In this document: piece by piece, positions 38,195 through 46,454 of the stretch
Layout of the letters: each line of letters opens with the position of its first letter
How positions within the stretch are numbered: the stretch's first letter is position 1
Origin: Patescibacteria group bacterium
GTDB lineage: Bacteria > Patescibacteriota > JACPGU01
NCBI GenBank assembly: GCA_022703645.1
Contig: JAKLDG010000001.1
Span: forward strand, 9,328-73,327
Length of the DNA stretch: 64,000 bases
Direction of reading: 5' to 3'
Translations under genes and position numbers: made by a program
Notes under the pieces: model-generated
What the model was told of the DNA's origin: nothing
Databases searched by the model: none
Seen by the model: only the letters and a program-made list of their open reading frames with translations

Positions 38195-38965
38195 ATGAAA
38201 AAATCCACACTTATTCTTATCCGTCATGGGGAATCACGCTGGAATCTTTCCAATAAATTTCAGGGTTGGGTGGATGTTCCTTTGTCCAAGCATGGAATTG
38301 AAGAGGCAATTACAACGGCTAGAAATCTAAAAAATATTAAAATCCATACTGCTTTTACTTCCAAGCTTGAAAGAGCCCGTCAGACATTGTCGATAATATT
38401 ATCCCGTCAAGAATTAACAGGTGTTTTTCTGCATCACGATGAAAAAAAGGAAGAATGGTATACATTTAAGAATAAATCAGAAAATGATGATATTATAATA
38501 CATACTTCAAGGCTAATAAATGAAAGGTATTATGGGTTACTTCAAGGTGTTAATAAAAGTGTAGCCCGCAAAAAATTTGGTGAAGATGTTGTTTTGCAAT
38601 GGAGAAGGGGTTATGCTGTCCGCCCTCCCGGAGGAGAAAGCATCGAGGATGTTTATAAACGTGCGGTTCCTTATTTTACAAAAAAGGTTTTGCCGTTATT
38701 AAAAGAGGGAAGGAACGTGATTATGGTCAGTCATGGTAATGTTATGAGGGCGATATTAAAGCACATTGAAGATATTCCTGCAGACTATCTGCCGCATCTT
38801 GATCTGCCTTCGGGGAAACCAATAATCTATAACTATGATAAAAAAGGATTTTCTCGCACGGATGGTCTTTTTGGGTTCAACCGTCCTTTACTCTGGGATC
38901 ATGAGAAAGGATCATTAAGCAAAAAAACAAGAAAACAAAAAATCAATAAATCAAGAAAACAATAG
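38195..38965 (+). CDS. Histidine-phosphatase family phosphoglycerate mutase (dPGM/GpmA-like) with a Lys-rich C-terminal tail
   Basis: 256 aa. LIRHGESRWN and FQGWVDVPLS match the dPGM N-terminus. Confidence 0.65.
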   Translation: MKKSTLILIRHGESRWNLSNKFQGWVDVPLSKHGIEEAITTARNLKNIKIHTAFTSKLERARQTLSIILSRQELTGVFLHHDEKKEEWYTFKNKSENDDIIIHTSRLINERYYGLLQGVNKSVARKKFGEDVVLQWRRGYAVRPPGGESIEDVYKRAVPYFTKKVLPLLKEGRNVIMVSHGNVMRAILKHIEDIPADYLPHLDLPSGKPIIYNYDKKGFSRTDGLFGFNRPLLWDHEKGSLSKKTRKQKINKSRKQ

Positions 38966-38982
38966 AACAAAAAACAATTCCA

Positions 38983-39011
38983 TTGCTTATTTATGAAAAA
39001 TAGTGTATAAT
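38983..39011 (+). promoter_or_regulatory. Sigma70-like promoter (TTGCTT, 17 nt, TGtATAAT extended -10) upstream of the RRM gene, leaving a leader of about 130 nt
   Basis: Direct reading of -35/-10 hexamers with correct spacing. Confidence 0.4.
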
Positions 39012-39142
39012 TAGGCAGTATCCTGTAAGTTTCGCACAAGTTTATAATATTAACGTCAGTGCGCGGTCGAAGACAGGGAAGATAATTAGTATGCGTATTT
39101 AAGTTTTACTTAACCCGCGCATTAGTAGAAAAATTTAAAAAA

Positions 39143-39430
39143 ATGGCAGAATTTAAAGTTTACGTTGGTAACTTGCCTTACTCAGTAACCGCTGATGCAT
39201 TGAAAGAAATTTTTGCAAAAGCTGGAAACGTAGTATCAGCAACAGTTATTAGCGACAAATTTTCTGGAAGAAGCAAAGGATTCGGATTCGTTGAAATGGC
39301 TTCTGAGGAAGAAATGCAAAAGGCTATTTCTGAATTCGATGGTTATGATATGGAAGGCCGACAATTGAAGGTCAACCAAGCAAGACCAATGGAAGAGAGA
39401 AAACCAAGATTTGATGACCGAAGAAGTTAA
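39143..39430 (+). CDS. RNA-binding protein (single RRM domain; Rbp/glycine-rich-protein type)
   Basis: 95 aa. RNP-2 VYVGNL and RNP-1 KGFGFVEM motifs. Confidence 0.8.
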   Translation: MAEFKVYVGNLPYSVTADALKEIFAKAGNVVSATVISDKFSGRSKGFGFVEMASEEEMQKAISEFDGYDMEGRQLKVNQARPMEERKPRFDDRRS

Positions 39431-39436
39431 TCAATT

Positions 39437-39478
39437 AAAAGCGAGCCCCGAAAGGGGCTCGCTTTTAATTTTCTTTTT
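39437..39478 (+). terminator. Rho-independent terminator (GCGAGCCCC-GAAA-GGGGCTCGC plus T-run)
   Basis: Perfect 9-bp GC-rich stem with GAAA tetraloop, followed by TTTTAATTTTCTTTTT. Confidence 0.75.
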
Positions 39479-39602
39479 GTTATACTTTATAGGGGCCATT
39501 TCTATTATGATTATATTAAGAGATATATATTTCTAAAAGACGGAGGTATTACTTTTTCTTATCAAAAAGACATGTTTTAAATAATAGTAATTACTAAAAA
39601 AA

Positions 39603-39830
39603 ATGGAATCACAGGAAAAATTTAATAGCGCAAGACGCGAAATGCCGGTTTTTGTATCTCATAAAGAACTAGAAATACAGCAAAATTCACAAGAAATTAT
39701 GGAGGAGGCAAGAAAAGCAAGGCAGTTTTTTCTAAATAAAATATTTGAAAGTAGCAATGAAGAATTAAAAGAAAAACTAAGAAGTGTTGGATTTTCATTG
39801 CAGATAGAAGATAACGAACAAAATAATTAA
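39603..39830 (+). CDS. Small hypothetical protein (75 aa)
   Basis: ORF only; charged helical composition. Confidence 0.25.
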   Translation: MESQEKFNSARREMPVFVSHKELEIQQNSQEIMEEARKARQFFLNKIFESSNEELKEKLRSVGFSLQIEDNEQNN

Positions 39831-39836
39831 AAATTT

Positions 39837-40037
39837 ATGGAAATGATTATGCCAAAATTTGGAGTGAATAAAGAACAATTTGATGAGGTTATCGATCAAT
39901 TAATTGTATATGGGGAAAAAACTGACGAGATGATATTGTGGAAAGAAATATTTATGGATTTATCGGACGAACAGCAGAAAGAGATTTTTGAAATCTGCGA
40001 GAAAGAGTTAAAAAAACTGAAAAAAATCGGCGAATAA
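39837..40037 (+). CDS. Small hypothetical acidic protein (66 aa)
   Basis: ORF only. Confidence 0.25.
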   Translation: MEMIMPKFGVNKEQFDEVIDQLIVYGEKTDEMILWKEIFMDLSDEQQKEIFEICEKELKKLKKIGE

Positions 40038-40099
40038 AGGACTCTTGATTAAATGGTTATATGGTTATATTATTAAAATATTAAAACTAAAACAAAACT

Positions 40100-40807
40100 A
40101 TGAATGCAAAGAATTTACGTCAAATCAACAATCAAAGTAAAGAAGAAATTGAAAAAGAAATGTGGAGAGGCAAGAAAAGGGATCTTGAGGATATGGTCGA
40201 GGGCAAACCAGATAACCTCGCAAAAATTATTTCGATTCTTTCGCTAATAATTATTCTATGTGTTGGATATTATGTATTTTCAACACTGACTGCAAATAAG
40301 CAATCAGTTGTTGATAGCGCCAAGACTACCGAAGAAGTAAAGAACTCTTTGGAAAAAAGCAAGGGCGATCTCCAAGATCAGGTAGATTCTTTGAAAAAAA
40401 CAGTAACGGAATTACAATCAAAACTTAGCGATAAAGAAACGGCTGTAAATAATGCCCCAGCAGAAAAAGTTACTATTGAAGGATCTCTAAGTTATCCGAG
40501 TAATTATATCCCAAAAACAATGAAAGTTTGCGCTACGAATATTGAAACAAAAGAAGATACATGCACCAGTGATCAGCTTTATGATAAGAAATATACATAT
40601 GGAGTTGGTTATAGATTAGAACTTCCAGTTGGCTCATATAATGTTTATGCCTCTGATGTGGGCTGGGGCGATTACAAGGCATATTATAGTGAATTTGCAA
40701 AATGCGGACTCGTAACTAGCTGCGGAACTCACGACCCAGTCGAAGTGAAACTGGAAGCTGGAAAAAATCTTGATAAAATTAATCCTGTAGATTGGTATAA
40801 TAAGTAA
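40100..40807 (+). CDS. Hypothetical membrane-anchored protein with a coiled coil and a C-terminal beta-rich domain
   Basis: TM helix at about residues 45-65, coiled-coil segment and a Cys-containing C-terminal domain. Confidence 0.45.
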   Translation: MNAKNLRQINNQSKEEIEKEMWRGKKRDLEDMVEGKPDNLAKIISILSLIIILCVGYYVFSTLTANKQSVVDSAKTTEEVKNSLEKSKGDLQDQVDSLKKTVTELQSKLSDKETAVNNAPAEKVTIEGSLSYPSNYIPKTMKVCATNIETKEDTCTSDQLYDKKYTYGVGYRLELPVGSYNVYASDVGWGDYKAYYSEFAKCGLVTSCGTHDPVEVKLEAGKNLDKINPVDWYNK

Positions 40808-40845
40808 TCAATTAAACAAGAAATCAATAAAACAATAAAACAAAA

Positions 40846-41322
40846 ATGGCAGAAAAAAAAGATACTGGGAAAGTTATTCTTTCTTGGGAAACTGGAAGAG
40901 TGAGAAAAAATAAAAATGCTATTTATTGGGTAGCTGGGTTTTTTATTGTTATCCTGGCAAGTATTGGTTATTTTGGCTATATAAATCAGTGGTCATCTGT
41001 TGCGGTATTTTTCCTTTTGCTTATCACCACTATCTGGTATGTTTTTATTTCCGTAAAAACTGTAAAAGTTTCAATATCTGAAGGGGGTTTTTGGCTTGAT
41101 GGAGTATTTTATTCATTCGAAAATATTAAAGGATATTGGGTAGTTGAGGATAGCGGACTTTTCTATTTTGTCACAAAGGGAAGATTTAGCTCCAATATCT
41201 CTTTCCCTTTAGGCGAAACCCCAGTTAATAAAATTATCGCATTATTGCCGCAAGAGCTTGTAAGAGTTGAAAATATGGGGGAAGATCTTCATGATAAAAT
41301 CGCAAGACTTTTTAATATCTGA
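40846..41322 (+). CDS. Hypothetical membrane protein (two TM helices plus a cytoplasmic domain)
   Basis: ORF with a clear hydrophobic hairpin. Confidence 0.4.
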   Translation: MAEKKDTGKVILSWETGRVRKNKNAIYWVAGFFIVILASIGYFGYINQWSSVAVFFLLLITTIWYVFISVKTVKVSISEGGFWLDGVFYSFENIKGYWVVEDSGLFYFVTKGRFSSNISFPLGETPVNKIIALLPQELVRVENMGEDLHDKIARLFNI

Positions 41323-41399
41323 TTCCTATACTTCACAAAAATCATAAAAAATAGTATAATTAACTAGCTAACTGGCTAGTTTTTGTTTGCGAAATGTAT

Positions 41400-41471
41400 G
41401 TCCTCGTAGTTTAACGGATAGAATGCGGCCCTGCGAAGGCCGCGATCTAGGTTCAATTCCTAGCGAGGACA
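41400..41471 (+). tRNA. tRNA with anticodon GCG (reads CGY, Arg)
   Basis: Manual fold: acceptor GTCCTCG/CGAGGAC, anticodon stem CGGCC/GGCCG with loop CTGCGAA, T-arm CTAGG-TTCAATT-CCTAG, discriminator A. D-arm is weak. Confidence 0.65.
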
Positions 41472-41582
41472 TTGAGGGGGAATTTTTAATTTTTAATTTT
41501 TAAACAATTAAATTTGTATTGTTTATATTGAAATTGGCTTTAAAAATTGCTATAATGATATTAGATAACAAAAACAAACTTT

Positions 41583-41957
41583 ATGGAGCCATTGGGTTTT
41601 TTTAATTCAGGGGATATAATTCAGAATATAAAAGAGATGATTCACTGTCCTTTTTGTGGCTTTGATTATTCAGAAAAACATATAAAAATCATGGCTAATG
41701 TTGAAAAAAGCCATGTTGTTCACCTCTACTGCGCTGAATGTAAGAACTCTATAATGGCAAGCATTTCTTATAAAAATGATGGTGCTGGTGGCGCGATGCC
41801 TTTTACTGGCGAAGAAGTAAAAAACACGGATCTGGGATTTGGCGAAATAATGAGTTTTATTAAAAGGGGTCCCTTGACGGATAACGAAGTTATGGATTTT
41901 TACAAAGGAATGAAAAGTTTTGATGGAGATTTCAGGAAAATGTTTAGGAGCAAATAA
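41583..41957 (+). CDS. Hypothetical zinc-ribbon protein
   Basis: CPFCG...CAECK (CxxC-N27-CxxC) near the N-terminus. Confidence 0.4.
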   Translation: MEPLGFFNSGDIIQNIKEMIHCPFCGFDYSEKHIKIMANVEKSHVVHLYCAECKNSIMASISYKNDGAGGAMPFTGEEVKNTDLGFGEIMSFIKRGPLTDNEVMDFYKGMKSFDGDFRKMFRSK

Positions 41958-42065
41958 CCAATACTCAATATCCAATCAATATCCAATAAATTAATATCCA
42001 ATTGGGTATTGGAAATTGAAGAATTGATTGGGAATTGGTCATTGGATATTGGGTATTAAAATGAT
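41958..42065. repeat. Intergenic palindromic repeat family 2 (CCAATACTCAATATCCAAT... / ...ATTGGATATTGGGTATT), upstream of the bL25 gene
   Basis: About 105 bp self-complementary element. Homologous to 42835-42925. Confidence 0.65.
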
Positions 42066-42117
42066 TTTATAATAAAAAATAGTTATTAATTACTAAAAGT
42101 TTATAGGAAGGAAATTT

Positions 42118-42825
42118 ATGACAGCTGAATATGTATTAAATGCAAAAAAGAGAGAAGTAACAGGGGAAAAGATTGATAGTGTTCGCAAAGAAGGCCTTAT
42201 CCCAGCCGTTGTATATGGTAAAGGAAAAGAAAATGTTAACCTCGTGGTTAACGCTATTGAATTTAATAAGGTTTTCACAAAAACAGGTGAAAACACGTTG
42301 ATTAAGCTAAACATTGAAGGCGAGGGAGTTGCAAAAAATGTTTTGGCTCATGATGTTGCCTATAATCCTGTTAGTGATGCGCCCATTCATATTGATTTCT
42401 ATGAAGTAAAAATGGATGAAGAAGTTGAAACCGAAGTGCCATTGGTATTTATTGGTGAGTCACCGGCTGTAAAAGATTTTGAAGGAACACTAATCACAAA
42501 TAAGAGTGAAGTTACAGTAAAGTGTTTACCGGCAAATATTCCACATGAAATTGAAGTTGATATTAGCAAACTTTCTACATTTGAAGATTCAATAACCGTT
42601 GCTGATTTGAAAATTCCAACAGGTGTAGAATTGATTACTGAACTCGAAGAAACAGTTGCATTAGTAGAAGCACCAAGAAGTGAAGAAGAGTTGAAAGAGC
42701 TCGATACAGAAGTGGTAGAAAATGTTGAAGCAGTAGAGGCTACGGAAGAGAAGAAGGAAGAAGAGGGAGTTGAGGAAGCTGTGGCAAGTGAAGGTGGTGA
42801 AAAGAAAGAAGAAAAAGCAGAATAG
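42118..42825 (+). CDS. rplY: 50S ribosomal protein bL25 / general stress protein Ctc, with an acidic C-terminal extension
   Basis: 235 aa. GLIPAVVYG and conserved L25 beta-barrel motifs; Glu/Lys-rich tail. Confidence 0.85.
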   Translation: MTAEYVLNAKKREVTGEKIDSVRKEGLIPAVVYGKGKENVNLVVNAIEFNKVFTKTGENTLIKLNIEGEGVAKNVLAHDVAYNPVSDAPIHIDFYEVKMDEEVETEVPLVFIGESPAVKDFEGTLITNKSEVTVKCLPANIPHEIEVDISKLSTFEDSITVADLKIPTGVELITELEETVALVEAPRSEEELKELDTEVVENVEAVEATEEKKEEEGVEEAVASEGGEKKEEKAE

Positions 42826-42834
42826 ACGTTTTAA

Positions 42835-42925
42835 TACCCAATACTCAATATACAATTGGATATTGAGAATTAAAGAATTGATTGAGTATTGGAGATTGGT
42901 TATTGGATATTTTAAAATTCTTTGT
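42835..42925. repeat. Intergenic palindromic repeat family 2, second copy, downstream of the bL25 gene
   Basis: CCCAATACTCAATATACAATTGGATATTGAG...GAGTATTGGAGATTGGTTATTGGATATT. Confidence 0.65.
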
Positions 42926-42956
42926 GTTATAATAAACAAAAATAAATATTTACGAT

Positions 42957-43973
42957 ATGGAAAATAAACGCATTACAGTTGATATTTCCTGGATGAGTAT
43001 TTTGAAAGTGCTCGCTGTAGTTTTTGGCGTGTTCCTGCTCTATTATCTTTTTGACATCTTTCTGCTACTATTTTTTGTGATAATTTTGGGTTCTGCTCTA
43101 TCGCCATTAGTAGACAGAATAAAAGCTAAGCTGAATATTCCCAGAATTATGGCAATCCTATTGATTTACCTGATGATTTTATTATTAGTCGGTATTGTAG
43201 CTTATACAATCATACCTTTGGCGGTTGACCAATTTGCAAATTTTAACCAAAAATTACCAAGTTATGCTCAAAAAATAACTTCAATATTTAGCTCTTTTTC
43301 TGAAGCGCCGCTGTCATCGACTAATTCTATCCAAGGTGCATCGAGCAGTTTGGGCAATGTGGCTAGTACCATCGTTAAGTCGGCATCCTCATTTTTTGGA
43401 GGTATTGCGACTGTATTTTATATACTTGTTTTAACCCTTTTCTTGCTTCTTGAAGAAGACGGAATTCGGAAATTTTTTGTATCTCTTCTTCCTATCAGTC
43501 AAAAAAGTTATATCCTTGAAGTAACCAAGAAATTGTCAGATAAAATGGGCTCATGGCTTATTGGTCAAATTTCTCTTATGTTGGTTATTGGTCTGGTCAC
43601 AACACTTGGATTGTGGGCGATAGGGATTCCTTATGCGCTCACTCTTGGAATTATCGCCGGATTGCTCGAAGCGGTTCCAACTGTTGGGCCTATATTAGCA
43701 GCTATTCCAGCCGTATTAATTGCATATATGGATGCGCCGTGGAAGGCAGTTTTTGTTCTGGTCTTTGCTGTTGTTATTCAGCAACTTGAAAACCAATTTC
43801 TAGTTCCAAAAATTATGAACAAAGCCGTTGGAATATCTCCTTTTGTTATTCTTGTTGCATTGTTAATAGGAGGGCAACTTGCGGGCATAATGGGAGTGCT
43901 GATAGCGGTTCCGTCAGTAGCGGCTATTTCGGTTTTAGCAAAGGAATGGCCAAATATAAGAAAAAGGTTGTAG
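42957..43973 (+). CDS. AI-2E family transporter (PerM/YhhT, UPF0118)
   Basis: 338 aa polytopic protein. LLEEDG and GLLEAVPTVGPILAAIPA family signatures. Confidence 0.8.
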   Translation: MENKRITVDISWMSILKVLAVVFGVFLLYYLFDIFLLLFFVIILGSALSPLVDRIKAKLNIPRIMAILLIYLMILLLVGIVAYTIIPLAVDQFANFNQKLPSYAQKITSIFSSFSEAPLSSTNSIQGASSSLGNVASTIVKSASSFFGGIATVFYILVLTLFLLLEEDGIRKFFVSLLPISQKSYILEVTKKLSDKMGSWLIGQISLMLVIGLVTTLGLWAIGIPYALTLGIIAGLLEAVPTVGPILAAIPAVLIAYMDAPWKAVFVLVFAVVIQQLENQFLVPKIMNKAVGISPFVILVALLIGGQLAGIMGVLIAVPSVAAISVLAKEWPNIRKRL

Positions 43974-44015
43974 GATAGCTTTTAGATCATTAGGGATAAA
44001 TTTCAAATATTATTT

Positions 44016-45017
44016 ATGGAAAAAAAGATTACATACGAGATTTCGTGGACGAGTATATTTCGTATTATTGCAGTTGGCATCGCGCTGTTAATATTTTTTT
44101 ATTTATATGACGTTTTTCTTATATTATTTACTGTAGTTATTTTGGTTTCTGCGTTAACACCAGTAGTTGCGTATCTCAGTAGAAAGCTCAAGATAGGTAG
44201 GATTTGGTCTATAACGATCATATTTGCCATTTTAGTTTTGCTAATAGGGACGACAATTTATTTAATTGTTCCGGTATTTTTTGAACAGTTACAGACTTTA
44301 TTACAAAGGCTCCCAGATTATATTGGAAAATTTGGATTTTTAAAGAATTTTGATGGGAATGCCGCAAACAGTATTCAATCTGTTTCGGGAGCTATTAGCG
44401 GGGTTGCAAAAACATTTTTTGAAAGCGCGAGCAATGCATTTAGCGGTCTAGCGACTATTTTTGTCATACTTATTATGACACTCTTCTTATTACTCGAAGA
44501 AAATGGGATGCAGAAATTTGTTATTTCGATTTTGCCAATCAGCCAAAAAAATTATATTCTCGAAATAACAAATAAAATTTCTCAGAAAATGGGGCATTGG
44601 TTGATAGCGCAGATCGCTCTAATGTTTTTAATGGGCCTTATTAATGGGCTTGCTCTTTGGGCTGTTGGAGTACCATACGCGCTAATATTAGGAATATTGT
44701 CTGGAATTTTGGAGATAATTCCAATAGTTGGACCAATAATTGCGGCCATTCCAGCGGCGCTTATTGCATATATTGCTGCTCCATGGAAAGCTGTTTTTGT
44801 AGTAGTATTCGCTCTTATAATGCATCAACTTTCCAATCAATTCCTTGTACCAAAATTTATGCAAAAAGCTATCGGCTCTACGCCGTTTGTAATTATTATG
44901 GCTCTTCTTATCGGAGACAAATTAGGAGGGATGATTGGCGCTATAATAGCAGTTCCGGTCTTAGCGGTTTTCCAAGTAGTATCAGCTGAATGGCCGAATA
45001 TTAGGAAGCGAATTTAG
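44016..45017 (+). CDS. AI-2E family transporter, tandem paralog
   Basis: 333 aa with the same architecture and motifs (LLEENG, GILEIIPIVGPIIAAIPA). Confidence 0.8.
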   Translation: MEKKITYEISWTSIFRIIAVGIALLIFFYLYDVFLILFTVVILVSALTPVVAYLSRKLKIGRIWSITIIFAILVLLIGTTIYLIVPVFFEQLQTLLQRLPDYIGKFGFLKNFDGNAANSIQSVSGAISGVAKTFFESASNAFSGLATIFVILIMTLFLLLEENGMQKFVISILPISQKNYILEITNKISQKMGHWLIAQIALMFLMGLINGLALWAVGVPYALILGILSGILEIIPIVGPIIAAIPAALIAYIAAPWKAVFVVVFALIMHQLSNQFLVPKFMQKAIGSTPFVIIMALLIGDKLGGMIGAIIAVPVLAVFQVVSAEWPNIRKRI

Positions 45018-45033
45018 ATTAACTTTTAGTGTT

Positions 45034-45528
45034 TTAGTGAAGTAGAAAATAGATTGCAATAATTACAAAAGGAATCTGGTAGAGAATGCCAAAAAAGGTC
45101 CCTTTTTTTGTGAATTGAATTTCGTCTTCGGCTGTCGCCCAGATATTCTCTGGGTGTGGATCAAACCAATGAACAGCGCGGTGAAATTTCAGGAAAAAGA
45201 TTAATGGCTTAATATTAAAAACCCGAATAAAAAATTCGATCAAGTCGGGTAATGCACAGAAAAATCCTCCAAGAAAAGTCACAAGCCAAGTTGAGGCGCT
45301 ATAACCACGAATTAAACCAATTGTTAAATAGAGAGCAAAAGCCAAAAGCGGATCCATCAAAACCAATAAGAGGGTTTTAACTTTCTTGAGGTGTTTATAA
45401 CCATAATTCCAATGTGGAACCAGGTCCATAACAAAATGAAGCACAAAACCAAAAACAACCGCTAAAATAGGATTTCCGGTTGCTTTGCCAAGAGCAGCAC
45501 CAGCAATGAAATGTGATGATATTACCAT
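45034..45528 (-). CDS. Membrane-bound metal-dependent hydrolase-like protein (DUF457/YdjM family), tentative
   Basis: 164 aa with four TM helices. N-terminal HF..G.ALG...HFVMDLVPH resembles DUF457. Confidence 0.4.
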   Translation of the reverse strand: MVISSHFIAGAALGKATGNPILAVVFGFVLHFVMDLVPHWNYGYKHLKKVKTLLLVLMDPLLAFALYLTIGLIRGYSASTWLVTFLGGFFCALPDLIEFFIRVFNIKPLIFFLKFHRAVHWFDPHPENIWATAEDEIQFTKKGTFFGILYQIPFVIIAIYFLLH

Positions 45529-45690
45529 ATCCTATATTATAGCCGAAAAGTTATTTTTTATTAAGCTTGATTTTTCTCGCAGATTTGCTATAATAATTAA
45601 AGTAGTTTCTCCAATAGGCGAAGTTTACCGCCTATTTTTATTTTTAATGGTTAAAATTAATATTATAACGAACCATACAAGGAGACAAAA

Positions 45691-45894
45691 ATGGAAGACG
45701 AAATCACTAATGACGTTGCTGCTGATGATACAACAACTCCAGTAGTTACTGCAGATGATGCAGTTTCTACAGAAGAAGTTGCAGCTGACGCTGATGCAAC
45801 AACGGAAGAAGCAACTGAAGAAGTTGCTCCTGAAGCGGAAGTTGCAGCAGAAGAGGTTGCAGATGTAGCACCTGAAGCTCCTGCAGCTGAGTAA
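45691..45894 (+). CDS. Small acidic low-complexity protein (67 aa)
   Basis: RBS AGGAG. Composition Ala/Glu/Asp/Thr/Val; predicted disordered. Confidence 0.3.
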   Translation: MEDEITNDVAADDTTTPVVTADDAVSTEEVAADADATTEEATEEVAPEAEVAAEEVADVAPEAPAAE

Positions 45895-45910
45895 TTTTTT
45901 TAAAAAAATT

Positions 45911-45952
45911 ATAACGATAAAAACGCTTTGAAAAGAGCGTTTTTATCGTTAT
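45911..45952. terminator. Long perfect hairpin (17-bp stem ATAACGATAAAAACGCT / AGCGTTTTTATCGTTAT)
   Basis: Direct reading. Between the acidic ORF and smpB. Confidence 0.45.
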
Positions 45953-45973
45953 AATAGGTAAAGGAGAGAATAT

Positions 45974-46435
45974 ATGCCGACACTTGCAACAAATAAAAAA
46001 GCACATAACGATTATTTTTTAACCGACAATATTGAAGTTGGGATAAAATTGACAGGTTCGGAAGTAAAATCAATCAAGGCAGGTAACGTTAGTTTAAAAG
46101 AAAGTTTTATCCATATCGAAGCGGATCCTTCTTCATTAAGACTACGAAGGGCAGGGCTTTTTATAAAAAACATGCATGTGGGGGCCTATAAACCGGCAAG
46201 AAACGAAGGCTATGACCCGATTCACAATAGAAAATTATTAGCCAATAAAAAAGAAATAGAATTTCTTTGGGGTAAAACTCAAAAGGAAGGATTAACCATA
46301 GTTCCGATAAGCATCTATACAAAAAACGGACTCATAAAAATGGAGATAGCGGTGGGAAAAGGCAAAAAGAAATGGGATAAAAGAGAGGCTCTCAAGAAAA
46401 GAGATCAAGAACGCGAGATTAGAAATAAACTATAA
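45974..46435 (+). CDS. smpB: SsrA-binding protein SmpB
   Basis: 153 aa. N-terminal ATNKKA.HDY.......GI.L.GSEVKS and C-terminal K/R-rich tail typical of SmpB. Confidence 0.9.
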   Translation: MPTLATNKKAHNDYFLTDNIEVGIKLTGSEVKSIKAGNVSLKESFIHIEADPSSLRLRRAGLFIKNMHVGAYKPARNEGYDPIHNRKLLANKKEIEFLWGKTQKEGLTIVPISIYTKNGLIKMEIAVGKGKKKWDKREALKKRDQEREIRNKL

Positions 46436-46454
46436 TTTAGCTTAATAGATCTTA

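Noticed and set aside
45603-45645. Promoter-like TTGATT-16-TATAAT followed within 10 nt by the hairpin AATAGGCG-loop-CGCCTATT plus T-run, upstream of the small acidic ORF
   Set aside because: Could be an attenuator or a tiny sRNA. In this AT-rich DNA chance promoter hexamers are frequent and there is no supporting conservation evidence.
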